Shown here: in pieces, positions 43,258-54,135 of the stretch
How the letters are laid out: each line of letters opens with the position of its first letter
Position numbering within the stretch: the first letter of the stretch is position 1
Position numbers and translations under genes: made by a program
Notes under the pieces: model-generated
The model's database searches: none
Told to the model about the DNA's origin: nothing
The model's input: only the letters and a program-made list of their open reading frames with translations
Assembly (NCBI GenBank): GCA_002423395.1
Contig: DIVZ01000005.1
Coordinates: 383,016-447,015, forward strand
DNA length: 64,000 bases
Direction: 5' to 3'
Source: Eubacteriaceae bacterium UBA6119
GTDB taxonomy: Bacteria; Bacillota; Clostridia; Eubacteriales; UBA1433

Positions 43258-44265
43258 GTGAAAATTATTCTTAAAATCTTTATTGTTTTATTAATACTTA
43301 TTACACTTTCATTTACGCTGATTTCGTGCGCAGGCAAACAAAGCGGCGAGCTGAAAGAGATTAAACTTACGGAAGTTACACGCAGCGTTTTTTACGCGCC
43401 GCAATATGCCGCGCTGGCGCTGGGCTATTTTGAAGACGAAGGATTAAAAGTTGAACTTACAACTTCGGCAGGCGCAGACAAGGTAACTGCGGCAGTGCTG
43501 TCGGGTGAGGCTGACATAGGATTTTGCGGACCGGAATCGACCGTCTATGTATACAATGAAGGAAAACAAAACTATATTATAACATTTGCTCAGCTTACAA
43601 AACGAGACGGCTCTTTTTTAGTTGCAAGACAGCCTGATCCCAATTTTACATTTGATAAACTAAGAGGCAAATACATCATTGGCGGAAGAAAAGGCGGAAT
43701 GCCCGAAATGAGCTTGGAATGGGTATTAAGAGAAAACGGACTTGAGCCAGGGGTGGACGTCACCGTAGATACGAGCATACAATTCGCAGCTATGACGGGG
43801 GCTTTCCTGCAGGGAACAGGGGATTATGTAACGCTGTTTGAACCGGCTGCGCTTGCCGTTGAAAAACAAGGCAAAGGCTATATTGTAGCTTCAATAGGCA
43901 AAGAAAGCGGAGTTGTGCCCTACACTTGCTATAATGCAACAAAAGATTATATAGAGCAAAATCCCGATGTTATCCAGGCGTTTACAAACGGATTATACAA
44001 AGGAATGAAGTGGGTTGAAAAAAGTTCTCCTCAAAAAATAGCGGAAGCAATACACCCGTATTTTCCGGATATGAGCATAGAAGATTTAACAAAGGTTGTT
44101 CAAAGATATAAAGACCAGGATTCGTGGAATGCAGATCCTACTCTTACGAAAGAATCTTATGAACATATGCTTGACATAGTTATCCGCGCGGGGATACTAA
44201 CCGATAATGACAGAGTGCCTTATGAAACATTATTTAATCCGTCATTTGCTCAAAAGGTGAAATAA
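43258..44265 (+). CDS. ABC transporter substrate-binding lipoprotein, NMT1/THI5-SsuA-like family
   Basis: Lipobox LISCAG, a periplasmic-binding fold of the nitrate/sulfonate/bicarbonate class, and AGGAGG upstream of the GTG start. Confidence 0.8.
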   Translation: MKIILKIFIVLLILITLSFTLISCAGKQSGELKEIKLTEVTRSVFYAPQYAALALGYFEDEGLKVELTTSAGADKVTAAVLSGEADIGFCGPESTVYVYNEGKQNYIITFAQLTKRDGSFLVARQPDPNFTFDKLRGKYIIGGRKGGMPEMSLEWVLRENGLEPGVDVTVDTSIQFAAMTGAFLQGTGDYVTLFEPAALAVEKQGKGYIVASIGKESGVVPYTCYNATKDYIEQNPDVIQAFTNGLYKGMKWVEKSSPQKIAEAIHPYFPDMSIEDLTKVVQRYKDQDSWNADPTLTKESYEHMLDIVIRAGILTDNDRVPYETLFNPSFAQKVK

Positions 44266-44287
44266 AAAAACAAATATAGGTGATGAT

Positions 44288-45037
44288 GTGAGCGAGCTTG
44301 TAAAAATAAGCAATTTATCAAAAACATATTTTGATAATAACGGCATGACTATGGCTGTGAAAAATTTTACAGCTACAATTAAAAAAGGCGAATTTGTTGC
44401 TCTTATAGGACCAAGCGGTTGCGGCAAAAGCACTATACTGTCAATATTATCAGGACTGCTTGAAAAGACGAGCGGTGAGATTGAATATTCAAAAGACATA
44501 AAAATAGGCTATATGCTGCAGAGCGACCAGCTTTTTAACTGGAGAACAGTTTATAAAAATGCAGTACTTGGTCTTGAAGTGCAGCGAATGATGAATAAAG
44601 AGAATATAAGCCGTGTGGAAAAAATGCTTATGGAATACGGGCTTTATGAATTTAAAAACCATTATCCCAATCAGCTGTCGGGAGGAATGAAACAGCGGGC
44701 GGCATTGATACGCACGCTTGCTGTTTCTCCTGATTTGCTGCTTTTAGACGAACCTTTTTCTGCGCTTGATTATCAAAGCAGGATTGCTGTGAGCGATGAT
44801 ATTTTCAGAAAAATAAGGAAAGAAGAAAAGACTGTTATTATGGTAAGCCATGATATAAATGAAGCAATAAGCGCATCAGACAGAGTAATTGTACTCACAA
44901 AAAGGCCAGCTGAAATTAAAAGTATTTATGAAATAAATTTAAATACAAATTCCGACAGCTTAATTGAAAAAAGAAAAGCGCCGGAATTTTCGCAATACTT
45001 TAATATGATTTGGGGAGATTTAGATATTCATGTTTGA
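44288..45037 (+). CDS. ABC transporter ATP-binding protein (SsuB/TauB-like)
   Basis: Walker A GPSGCGKST, signature LSGGMKQR and Walker B LLLLDEP. Confidence 0.9.
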   Translation: MSELVKISNLSKTYFDNNGMTMAVKNFTATIKKGEFVALIGPSGCGKSTILSILSGLLEKTSGEIEYSKDIKIGYMLQSDQLFNWRTVYKNAVLGLEVQRMMNKENISRVEKMLMEYGLYEFKNHYPNQLSGGMKQRAALIRTLAVSPDLLLLDEPFSALDYQSRIAVSDDIFRKIRKEEKTVIMVSHDINEAISASDRVIVLTKRPAEIKSIYEINLNTNSDSLIEKRKAPEFSQYFNMIWGDLDIHV

Positions 45038-45833
45038 TGAAATAACTAGATATAAGTATAAGCAATTTTTATCTGAAGAAAAAAAGCACAAGAGAAAAAT
45101 ATTCGCGGCTAAGATAACAATTCTTATTTTATTTATATTGTTTTGGGAATTATCTGCAAGAATAGGGCTTTCCGATCCGTTTTTAACATCCAGTCCCAGC
45201 GCGATTGTAAAGACGATAATAAATTTGATAAAAAGCAATGCATTATTTATACATATTATAGTAACTACCGCTGAAACGCTTATAGGCTTTTTTGTAGGCA
45301 CAGCGCTGGGTGTTGCTATTGCATCAATCTTATGGTATTTTCCTACAGCCAGCAAAGTATGCGAACCCTATTTAATAACTTTAAACGCGCTTCCCAAAAT
45401 TGCACTAGGTCCGATAATAATAGTTTGGGCAGGCGCAAATTACAGCGCTATTATTTTCATGACTCTTTTAATTTCGTTAATAGTAACCATAATAAGCGTA
45501 TACGGTTCATTTACAACGGCAGACAATGAAAAACTTACTCTGATGAAGACTTTTAATGCAACCCGGATTCAGATGCTTACAAAAGTTGTGCTTCCTTGGT
45601 CGGTTCCCGGTATTTTTAATGCGTTGAAGATTAATGTGGGAATGTCTTGGGTGGGAGTTATTATGGGTGAATTCTTGGTATCAAAAGCAGGGCTTGGCTA
45701 TCTTATAATATATGGAAGCAATGTCTTTAATTTAAGCCTTGTTATGACGGGAGTTTTGCTGCTTGCCGTAATTGCGGCTCTTATGTATTTCGTAGTGGCT
45801 TTTTTTGAGAGAAAAGCTATGAAAAACAGATAA
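45030..45833 (+). CDS. ABC transporter permease (SsuC/TauC-like)
   Basis: Overlaps the ATPase gene by 8 nt. Six TM segments with an EAA-like loop region. Confidence 0.85.
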   Translation: MFDEITRYKYKQFLSEEKKHKRKIFAAKITILILFILFWELSARIGLSDPFLTSSPSAIVKTIINLIKSNALFIHIIVTTAETLIGFFVGTALGVAIASILWYFPTASKVCEPYLITLNALPKIALGPIIIVWAGANYSAIIFMTLLISLIVTIISVYGSFTTADNEKLTLMKTFNATRIQMLTKVVLPWSVPGIFNALKINVGMSWVGVIMGEFLVSKAGLGYLIIYGSNVFNLSLVMTGVLLLAVIAALMYFVVAFFERKAMKNR

Positions 45834-45986
45834 GTATATATTTTAAAATATGTGCTATAATACAGTTTATCAATTATAAGATTAATGGAATAAAAATCCT
45901 TGTATTAGATTTTGTTGTAATATATAATGTTATAAGTTTAATAAAAATACTAATCAATCGTTTTAGTTTAGGAATAATCTTTATAT

Positions 45987-47840
45987 ATGAATAAATTGGG
46001 AAGAAATAAAAAATACGTAGTTCTTTTAATAGATATTTTTATATGTACTTTAGTATATGCATTCTCTTATATTATTGCCGACGATAAGTTTAATTTAACA
46101 TATCTTAAGCAGTTTTCTTTTTATGTTCCGTTTATTATTGCAAATGTTTTATTCATTTGCGTTTTTCTGATCTTTGACATTTACAATATAATCTGGAGTT
46201 ATATTAATGTTAAAGAGCTGTTCAACATAATAATTGCTTGTCTTATATCAACATCAATATTTGTCATTATTGTTTATTTATTTGAATTGCATATCAGACT
46301 CAGGTCGTGCCTTTTATTTGCTGCGACATTTACCCTAAGCGTAGTATTGTCAAGGTCGGCGTATTATCTTTTAAGGCATTCGCTGTTTAAATACAAAAAT
46401 ATCGTTAAAAAAAGACTGCTGATTGTAGGGGGCGGAGAAGCATGCAATATTTTGCTGAGGGAGATCTGGCAGAATAAAAGAAATGAATTTCTTCCCATAG
46501 GAATAGTAGATGACGAAAAAGTAAAACAAGGAAGAAATATACTGGGAGTAAAAATACTTGGAAACACGAAACAGATTAAACAAATCGTAGAAGCGCACGA
46601 AGTTGAAACTATTATTTTCTGCATTGTAAATATTTCCGATAAAAAAAGAAAAGAAATCCTGGATTTATGCATGGAAGTGTGTACGGATGTTAAAATAATT
46701 CCGGGAGTATACAACAGCTTGGTTTCTGTAAACGGAAACGGTATTTTCCCTAAACTTAAAAACGTTACTATGGAAGATCTGCTTTTCAGAGATTCTATAA
46801 ATATTTTAGAAAATCAGGATATAAGCTATATCAAAGAAAAGATAGTAATGATTACCGGCGGAGGCGGCAGCATAGGCAGCGAACTTTGCATGCAGATTGC
46901 AAAACTTAATCCGAAAAAATTAATTATTTGCGATATATATGAAAACAATGTATATTCTCTTGAGCAGAAGTTAAAAAGGCAATACGCAGAAAAGTTAAAT
47001 CTTGTAATTGAGATTGCTTCAGTAAGAGACAATAAAAAGATAGAACTGCTTATTAGAAATTATAGTCCGCAGGTTATTTTTCATGCGGCAGCCCATAAAC
47101 ATGTTCCTCTTATGGAAACAAATCCTGAAGAAGCCGTTAAAAATAATGTCGAAGGAACACTTAATATTGTTGCTTCGGCGCAGAAATACGGAGTCGAGAA
47201 ATTTGTTTTAATATCAACGGATAAAGCAGTAAATCCGACAAATGTAATGGGCGCGACTAAACGCGTATGTGAAAAAATTGTATTAGCAGCATCTTCGAAA
47301 AGCAAAAAAACAGTTTTTTCTGCAGTAAGATTCGGCAATGTGCTCGGATCAAGCGGTTCTGTTATTCCATTATTTAAAGAGCAGCTTGAAATGGGCGGAC
47401 CGTTAACGGTTACCCATCCGGAAGTCACAAGATATTTTATGACAATACCTGAGGCCGTTTCTTTGGTAATTACGACCGGTCAGCTAGCAAAAGGCGGAGA
47501 AATATTTGTTTTAGACATGGGTACGCCTGTTAAAATTAAAGACCTCGCAGAAAATTTGATAAAACTTGCAGGCAAGGTTCCGCACAGAGACATAGATATT
47601 AAATATATAGGGCTAAGACCGGGTGAAAAGTTATACGAAGAGCTTTTGGTTGACACAGAAGTTCTTACTAAGACTATTTATGACAAAATATTTATTGAGA
47701 AATTTGAAGAAATAAACAATACACAATTGCAGTCGGATATAAAAGAACTTGTAGATTTTGCAAAAGATAATGACTACATAAAAGTTAAAGAAAAATTAAA
47801 GATAATTGTTCCCGAATATATTGAAACAAAAAATAATTAG
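45987..47840 (+). CDS. Membrane-bound CapD/PglF/WbpM-family UDP-GlcNAc 4,6-dehydratase
   Basis: Four N-terminal TM segments, two Rossmann regions (VGGGEA..., TGGGGSIGSEL) and the size typical of the family (617 aa). Confidence 0.88.
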   Translation: MNKLGRNKKYVVLLIDIFICTLVYAFSYIIADDKFNLTYLKQFSFYVPFIIANVLFICVFLIFDIYNIIWSYINVKELFNIIIACLISTSIFVIIVYLFELHIRLRSCLLFAATFTLSVVLSRSAYYLLRHSLFKYKNIVKKRLLIVGGGEACNILLREIWQNKRNEFLPIGIVDDEKVKQGRNILGVKILGNTKQIKQIVEAHEVETIIFCIVNISDKKRKEILDLCMEVCTDVKIIPGVYNSLVSVNGNGIFPKLKNVTMEDLLFRDSINILENQDISYIKEKIVMITGGGGSIGSELCMQIAKLNPKKLIICDIYENNVYSLEQKLKRQYAEKLNLVIEIASVRDNKKIELLIRNYSPQVIFHAAAHKHVPLMETNPEEAVKNNVEGTLNIVASAQKYGVEKFVLISTDKAVNPTNVMGATKRVCEKIVLAASSKSKKTVFSAVRFGNVLGSSGSVIPLFKEQLEMGGPLTVTHPEVTRYFMTIPEAVSLVITTGQLAKGGEIFVLDMGTPVKIKDLAENLIKLAGKVPHRDIDIKYIGLRPGEKLYEELLVDTEVLTKTIYDKIFIEKFEEINNTQLQSDIKELVDFAKDNDYIKVKEKLKIIVPEYIETKNN

Positions 47841-47860
47841 GTAAACAGGTAATAATCACA

Positions 47861-49060
47861 ATGTCGAGAAATATTAAATTTTCTCCGCCTGATATAACGC
47901 AGGATGAGATTGATGAAGTTATTGATACATTAAAATCAGGATGGATAACAACAGGACCTAAAACAAAGTTATTTGAAAAACGTATTGCCCAGTACTGCAA
48001 TACGTCGAAAGCTGTTACTCTTAATTCCGCGACTGCATGTATGGAGCTTACTTTAAGACTGCTTGGAATAGGCGCCGGCGACGAAGTAATAACTTGCGCG
48101 TATACTTATACCGCTTCCGCAAGCGTAATAGATCATGTGGGAGCTAAAATTGTACTAACAGACTGCGGCAAAGACTCATTTCATATTGACTATGAAGCAA
48201 TAGATGCTGCTATTACAGAAAAAACAAAAGCGATTATTCCTGTAGATATTGCGGGGGTAATGTGCGATTACGATAAAATATATGAAATACTTGAAAATAA
48301 AAAAAATCTTTTCAAGCCTGCAAATGATATTCAGAAGGCAATAGGAAGAGTTATAATACTCGCCGATGCCGCGCATTCTTTCGGAGCATCATATAAAGGT
48401 AAAATGAGCGGAGAGGCTGCAGATTTTACATCTTTTTCTTTTCATGCGGTAAAGAACATTACCACCGCAGAAGGCGGAGCGGTAACATGGAGAGATATTA
48501 ACGGGTTTAACAATGAAGACATTTATAAGCAATATATGCTGCTTTCGCTTCATGGTCAGGACAAAGACGCACTTGCAAAAACAAAACTCGGCAGCTGGGA
48601 ATATGATATTATAGCTCCGTATTATAAATGCAACATGACAGATATTATGGCATCAATCGGATTAGTGCAATTAAAAAGATACCAGGGTATATTAGAGCGA
48701 AGAAAACATATGATTTATATGTATAATGATTTATTAAAAGATATAAATATCGGATATTTGATGCACTATACTAAAGATTATTCATCGTCGGGGCACTTAT
48801 ATATGGCTAGACTGAAAGGCAGAGATGTTGAATACAGAAACAATATAATAAGCAAATTAGGCCAAATGGGAGTGTCTGCTAACGTTCACTACAAGCCGCT
48901 TCCACTTCTTAAGGCATATAAAAATTTGGGCTTTAAAATGCAGGATTATCCTAGTGCATATGACATGTATAAAAATGAGATTACGCTGCCGTTACATACC
49001 CTATTAACGGATGATGACATAGAATATATTGCTTATAGTTTGAAAAAAGTTTTAATATAG
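47861..49060 (+). CDS. DegT/DnrJ/EryC1-family sugar aminotransferase (PglE/WcfR-like by context)
   Basis: A PLP-Lys context (SFHAVKNITTAEGG) and a position between the 4,6-dehydratase and the priming transferase. Confidence 0.88.
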   Translation: MSRNIKFSPPDITQDEIDEVIDTLKSGWITTGPKTKLFEKRIAQYCNTSKAVTLNSATACMELTLRLLGIGAGDEVITCAYTYTASASVIDHVGAKIVLTDCGKDSFHIDYEAIDAAITEKTKAIIPVDIAGVMCDYDKIYEILENKKNLFKPANDIQKAIGRVIILADAAHSFGASYKGKMSGEAADFTSFSFHAVKNITTAEGGAVTWRDINGFNNEDIYKQYMLLSLHGQDKDALAKTKLGSWEYDIIAPYYKCNMTDIMASIGLVQLKRYQGILERRKHMIYMYNDLLKDINIGYLMHYTKDYSSSGHLYMARLKGRDVEYRNNIISKLGQMGVSANVHYKPLPLLKAYKNLGFKMQDYPSAYDMYKNEITLPLHTLLTDDDIEYIAYSLKKVLI

Positions 49061-49088
49061 TCGGGCAAAATAACAGAGGTAATTAAAT

Positions 49089-49748
49089 TTGAAAGCTGCT
49101 GATAATTTAAATCCGCTTGATGTAAACAGAATACTTGAAAGAAAGAAGGGTCAGCTGATACTGAAAAGATTATTTGATATTATAGTATCATCGCTGGGGA
49201 TTATTATATTAAGCCCTTTTTTATTATTAACAGCAGTAACAATAAAACTTGATTCAAAAGGCCCTGTTTTCTTTAAGCAAACTAGAGTGGGTAAAGACGA
49301 AAAACAATTTAATATATATAAATTCAGAACAATGGTGACAGACGCGGAAAAACAAGGAATGCAAATAACAGTAGGCGATGATCCGAGGATAACAAAAATA
49401 GGCAGGTTTTTAAGAAAGTATAAGCTAGATGAGTTCCCGCAGCTGTTCAACGTTTTTATAGGAAATATGTCATTTGTCGGGCCCAGACCTGAAGTTCCTA
49501 AGTATATTGCGCTGTATGACAGCAAACAAAAAAGCATATTAAAAGTTAGACCCGGCATTACAGAGGAAGCGTCTATAAAATACAAAGATGAAAGTGAAAT
49601 ACTTGCGAAAAGCAGCTGCCCGGAAAAAACATATATAGAAGAAATAATGCCGAAAAAGATTGAGCTTAATTTAAATTATATTAAAAATATTTCATTGCTT
49701 TATGACATAAGCTTAATGCTGAAAACAATTTTTTCTATTAATAAATAA
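49089..49748 (+). CDS. Small monotopic undecaprenyl-phosphate sugar phosphotransferase (PglC/WcfS-type initiating transferase)
   Basis: A re-entrant helix (IVSSLGIIILSPFLLL) plus KFRTM, DEFPQLFNV and RPGITE motifs. TTG start with an AGAGGT SD. Confidence 0.88.
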   Translation: MKAADNLNPLDVNRILERKKGQLILKRLFDIIVSSLGIIILSPFLLLTAVTIKLDSKGPVFFKQTRVGKDEKQFNIYKFRTMVTDAEKQGMQITVGDDPRITKIGRFLRKYKLDEFPQLFNVFIGNMSFVGPRPEVPKYIALYDSKQKSILKVRPGITEEASIKYKDESEILAKSSCPEKTYIEEIMPKKIELNLNYIKNISLLYDISLMLKTIFSINK

Positions 49749-49783
49749 TAAAGATTTACAGCAGATTTTAAAGGAAAATATAA

Positions 49784-51025
49784 ATGAAAGAAAGCGTTTG
49801 GATTATAAATCATTTTGCCATACCTCCCTCAATGGGCGGGCTTGTACGGCATACTTATTTTTCAAAATATCTTATACAAAAGGGATATGAAGTAAAAATA
49901 TTTACATCCAGCAAGATACACAATACAAATATTAATATGATAGAAGATGACTCTCTTTATAAAGAAATTGAATTAGAAGGGACAAAATATACTTTTATAA
50001 AATCAGGCAATTATACAAATAACGGTTTAGCCAGAATAAAAAATTTATTTGAGTTTCCGATGAATTTAGGAAAGACTGTAAAGAGATTTAATAGCCCCGA
50101 TATTATTTACACTTCATCGCCTGACATTTTTACGGCATATAAGTCAATAAACATTGCACGTAAATTTAATGTTCCGTGCATAACCGAAATAAGAGATTTA
50201 TGGCCGGAATCTATTATATGCTATAATAAAATATCAAAAAATAATCCTGCCATTAAAATTTTATTCAGGCTTGAAAAAAGCATATACAAAAAATCTGATG
50301 CTTTGATTTTTACTATGGAAGGCGGCAAAGATTATATTATTGAAAAAGGGTGGGACAAGGTTGTCGAGTTAAAAAAGATATATAATATAAATAACGGCAT
50401 TGATATAAAAGAATTTAAATATAATAAAGACAATTATATAATAAATGACGATGATTTAAATGATACAGATAAATTTAAAATAATATATACAGGTTCTATA
50501 AGAAAAGTTAATAATTTAATCGCGATAATTAATACAGCAAAATATTTGCAGAATGAAAATTATCAAGATATAATCTTTATTATATATGGAGACGGCATCG
50601 AGAAAAATGATTTAATTAAACGATGTTGCGATGAGAATATAGGCAATGTAGTATTTAAAGGAAGAGTTGAGAAAAAGCATATACCATATATATTATCAAA
50701 AGCGGATTTAAATTTATATCACTGGATGCAGACTCCTTTGATGCGTTTCGGGAGCAGCGGCAATAAGCTTTTTGATTATCTTGCAAGCGGAAAACCGATA
50801 TTATCTACAGTTAATTCAAAATATGATATTATTGCGAAAAACAATGCAGGGATGATTTCTAAAGATCAAACCCCCTGTGAAATTGCAAAAACTATTTTAA
50901 AGGTGTATAATGCTTCGAACAAAGAATACACGGTGCTTTGCAATAATGCATTGAATTTGGCGAAAGACTTTGATTATGAAACATTGACTGATAAATTGAT
51001 AAGCATTATAGAAAATATCATATAA
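49784..51025 (+). CDS. GT4-family glycosyltransferase (WbuB-like)
   Basis: GT-B fold pattern with a C-terminal nucleotide-sugar binding region (GSSGNKLFDYLASGKPIL). Confidence 0.75.
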   Translation: MKESVWIINHFAIPPSMGGLVRHTYFSKYLIQKGYEVKIFTSSKIHNTNINMIEDDSLYKEIELEGTKYTFIKSGNYTNNGLARIKNLFEFPMNLGKTVKRFNSPDIIYTSSPDIFTAYKSINIARKFNVPCITEIRDLWPESIICYNKISKNNPAIKILFRLEKSIYKKSDALIFTMEGGKDYIIEKGWDKVVELKKIYNINNGIDIKEFKYNKDNYIINDDDLNDTDKFKIIYTGSIRKVNNLIAIINTAKYLQNENYQDIIFIIYGDGIEKNDLIKRCCDENIGNVVFKGRVEKKHIPYILSKADLNLYHWMQTPLMRFGSSGNKLFDYLASGKPILSTVNSKYDIIAKNNAGMISKDQTPCEIAKTILKVYNASNKEYTVLCNNALNLAKDFDYETLTDKLISIIENII

Positions 51026-51036
51026 AGAGGTTTATT

Positions 51037-52224
51037 ATGAGAATTCAGTTATTAGATTTACAGAAACAATATGAAGAGATAAAAAAAGAAACAGATGAAG
51101 CTGTAATTAATGTTGTGTCAAGCGGCGCTTATATTATGGGACAGAATGTAAAAAGTTTTGAGAATGAATTCGCTCAATATACAGGTGTAAAACATGCAAT
51201 ATCAGTAGGAAACGGAACTGATGCGCTTGTAATTGCATTAAAAGCCATGAGTATAGGGCAAGGAGATGAAGTTATTACAACTGCTTATACATTTTTCGCA
51301 ACCGCGGAAGCGATAAGCTTTGTAGGCGCTATTCCTGTTTTTGTGGATGTATGCCTTGATACATATAATATAGATGTTACTAAAATAGAAGAAAAAATCA
51401 CGAATAAAACAAAAGCAATAATGCCTGTGCACATATTCGGTCTATGCGCGGATATGGATGAGATAAACGCAATAGCAAAAAAACATAACTTATATGTCAT
51501 AGAGGATGCGTGCCAGGCGGCGGGAGCGATGTACAAAAGCAAAAAAGCAGGCGCGCTTTGCGATATTGCCTGTTTTTCGTTTTTCCCTACGAAAAATTTG
51601 GGATGCGCAGGCGACGGCGGAATGATAACTACCGATAATGATGAACTTGCGGTAATATGCAAGGCGCTCAGAGTTCACGGCAGCGGAGAGATGGGCCAGC
51701 GCGCTTATAATTGTTTAAATAATATAAGTGCAGAGGTTGAAGAAGACACAGCAACGGACAATACAGTATACAATGCAAAAAAATATTATAATTATCTAAT
51801 CGGTCATAATTCAAGACTCGATGAAATTCAGGCTGCGATGCTTAGAATAAAGCTGAAAAAGCTTGATGAGTATGTAAGCAAGCGAAGAAAAAATGCTGAG
51901 TTTTATACTGAAAAATTAAAAAAATCGGATAAATATGTAACTCCGATAGAAGAGGTTAATAATTTACACGCTTATCATCAATATATATTGCAGTCGGAAC
52001 ATAGAGAAGAGATAATTACTAAGTTAGAAAAGAAACATATCGGGACGGGAATTTATTATCCGATTCCGCTTCATTTGCAAAAATGTTATAATTCACTGGG
52101 ATATAAAACCGGCGATTTACCTAATGCGGAATATTTATCGCACAGAACATTTGCGATTCCGGTATTTCCGGAGCTTACAAAAGATGAAGCTGAATATATA
52201 GTAAACGCTTTATTGGAGGAATAA
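51037..52224 (+). CDS. DegT-family aminotransferase, WbpE-like (UDP-2-acetamido-2-deoxy-3-oxo-glucuronate aminotransferase by context)
   Basis: VGNGTDAL, a PLP-Lys context (SFFPTKNLG) and flanking WbpD-, WbpA-, WbpI- and WbpB-like genes. Confidence 0.85.
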   Translation: MRIQLLDLQKQYEEIKKETDEAVINVVSSGAYIMGQNVKSFENEFAQYTGVKHAISVGNGTDALVIALKAMSIGQGDEVITTAYTFFATAEAISFVGAIPVFVDVCLDTYNIDVTKIEEKITNKTKAIMPVHIFGLCADMDEINAIAKKHNLYVIEDACQAAGAMYKSKKAGALCDIACFSFFPTKNLGCAGDGGMITTDNDELAVICKALRVHGSGEMGQRAYNCLNNISAEVEEDTATDNTVYNAKKYYNYLIGHNSRLDEIQAAMLRIKLKKLDEYVSKRRKNAEFYTEKLKKSDKYVTPIEEVNNLHAYHQYILQSEHREEIITKLEKKHIGTGIYYPIPLHLQKCYNSLGYKTGDLPNAEYLSHRTFAIPVFPELTKDEAEYIVNALLEE

Positions 52225-52226
52225 AG

Positions 52227-52808
52227 ATGGAAAAAGATTACTTTGTTCACGAGTCAAGTTATGTTGACGAGCCATGTAAAATAGGAAAAGGAACAAAGAT
52301 ATGGCACTTTTCTCATATAATGAGAGACAGTGAAATAGGTCAAAATTGTAATATCGGGCAAAACGTTGTAATTTCCCCTCGAGTTAAACTGGGAAACGGC
52401 GTTAAAATTCAAAACAATGTATCTGTATATACCGGTGTTGTATGTGAAGACAATGTTTTTTTGGGACCGTCCTGCGTATTTACCAACGTTATAAACCCCA
52501 GAGCGTTTGTTGAAAGAAAAGATGAATACAGACAGACATTGATAAAAATAGGCGCAAGTATAGGAGCGAATTCAACCATAGTCTGCGGCAACATGATAGG
52601 GAAATACGCCCTTATCGGCGCAGGAGCAGTAGTCACAAAAAATGTGCCTGATTATTGTACAGTGGTGGGAAATCCTGGCAGAATTGTGGGATACATGTGC
52701 CAATGCGGAGAAAAAATAGTGTTTGAAAACAATTATGCAAAATGCAAACATTGCAATAATGAATATATAAAAGATAAAAACGGTATAGTAAAAGAAAAGG
52801 ATAAATGA
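52227..52808 (+). CDS. Left-handed beta-helix N-acetyltransferase, WbpD-like, with a C-terminal CxCG...CxxC ribbon
   Basis: Hexapeptide repeats ([31 protein letters not shown]) and a [23 protein letters not shown] tail. Confidence 0.85.
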   Translation: MEKDYFVHESSYVDEPCKIGKGTKIWHFSHIMRDSEIGQNCNIGQNVVISPRVKLGNGVKIQNNVSVYTGVVCEDNVFLGPSCVFTNVINPRAFVERKDEYRQTLIKIGASIGANSTIVCGNMIGKYALIGAGAVVTKNVPDYCTVVGNPGRIVGYMCQCGEKIVFENNYAKCKHCNNEYIKDKNGIVKEKDK

Positions 52809-54124
52809 TAATGAAGCAAACATTGCTGAACAAAATAAAAAACAAAGATGTAATTGTTGGTGTTGTAGGATTAGGATATGTCGGACTTCCGCTTGCAGTA
52901 GAAAAAGCGAAAGCGGGTTTTAAAACGATAGGCTTTGACGTACAAAAAGACAAAGTGGAGCTTGTTAACATGGGCGAAAACTACATCGGCGATGTTGTGG
53001 ACAGCGATCTTAAGTCAATAGTTAGAAGCGGAATGTTTTCCGCAACCACTGATTTCAGTTTTGTACGCGACGTAGATTTTATTGCTATCTGCGTACCGAC
53101 GCCGCTTAATGATTATAAAGAGCCTGATATAAGCTATGTTGAATCATCCGCAAAAGAAATAGCAAAACATTTAAAAAAGAATACCATTGTTGTGCTTGAG
53201 TCTACAACTTATCCGGGCACGACCGAAGAATTAATTATGCCTATTTTAGAAAAAGGCTCCGGACTTAAATGTGGAGAAAATTTTTATTTGGGGTTTTCGC
53301 CGGAAAGAGTAGACCCGGGCAACTTGATATATAAAACAAAAAATACGCCGAAAGTAGTGGGCGGAATTGGCAAAGATGCAACGGAAGTAATTGCCGCGAT
53401 GTACAGAGCGGTTCTGGAGAGCGATATTAAAGAAGTTTCTTCTCCGGCAATAGCGGAAATGGAAAAAATACTTGAAAATACTTATCGAAACATCAACATT
53501 GCTCTTGTAAACCAATTGGCAATTTTATGCAATAAAATGGATATAAATATCTGGGAAGTAATTGACGCTGCAAAAACGAAACCTTACGGCTTTCAGGCAT
53601 TTTATCCTGGACCCGGGCTTGGAGGACATTGTATTCCGCTTGACCCGTACTATCTGTCATGGAGAGCAAAAAAATATGATTTTCATATATCGATGATAGA
53701 AACATCAGGAATGATTAATGACAAAATGCCCGAATATTGCGTTGAACGCGCAGGTAAAATTTTAAACAGATTTAAAAAAGCGTTAAACGGATCAAAAGTG
53801 CTAATTCTCGGTGTAGCATATAAGCAGAACATAGATGATTACCGTGAAAGTCCGGCTTTAAAAGTAATTGAAGAGTTTGAAAAAAGCGGTTCAATTGTGG
53901 ATTTCTACGACCCTTATATAAGCCAATATAAATACAAGGGGAATATATTTAAAGGAATTTCTGCTATTGATAAAAATATTATTAAAAATTATGACATTAT
54001 AGTAATAACAACATCTCATACAAATATCGACTATGATATGGTAGCGGATAATGCAATTGCGGTATTTGATACTAAAAACGCAATGAAAGACGTAAAAAAC
54101 AGAGATAAAGTTGAACTGTTATAG
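52805..54124 (+). CDS. UDP-N-acetyl-hexosamine 6-dehydrogenase (WbpA/WecC-like nucleotide-sugar dehydrogenase)
   Basis: [12 protein letters not shown] fold, catalytic GGHCIP and an ATGA overlap with the upstream gene. Confidence 0.9.
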   Translation: MIMKQTLLNKIKNKDVIVGVVGLGYVGLPLAVEKAKAGFKTIGFDVQKDKVELVNMGENYIGDVVDSDLKSIVRSGMFSATTDFSFVRDVDFIAICVPTPLNDYKEPDISYVESSAKEIAKHLKKNTIVVLESTTYPGTTEELIMPILEKGSGLKCGENFYLGFSPERVDPGNLIYKTKNTPKVVGGIGKDATEVIAAMYRAVLESDIKEVSSPAIAEMEKILENTYRNINIALVNQLAILCNKMDINIWEVIDAAKTKPYGFQAFYPGPGLGGHCIPLDPYYLSWRAKKYDFHISMIETSGMINDKMPEYCVERAGKILNRFKKALNGSKVLILGVAYKQNIDDYRESPALKVIEEFEKSGSIVDFYDPYISQYKYKGNIFKGISAIDKNIIKNYDIIVITTSHTNIDYDMVADNAIAVFDTKNAMKDVKNRDKVELL

Positions 54125-54135
54125 AAGGTGTTTTA

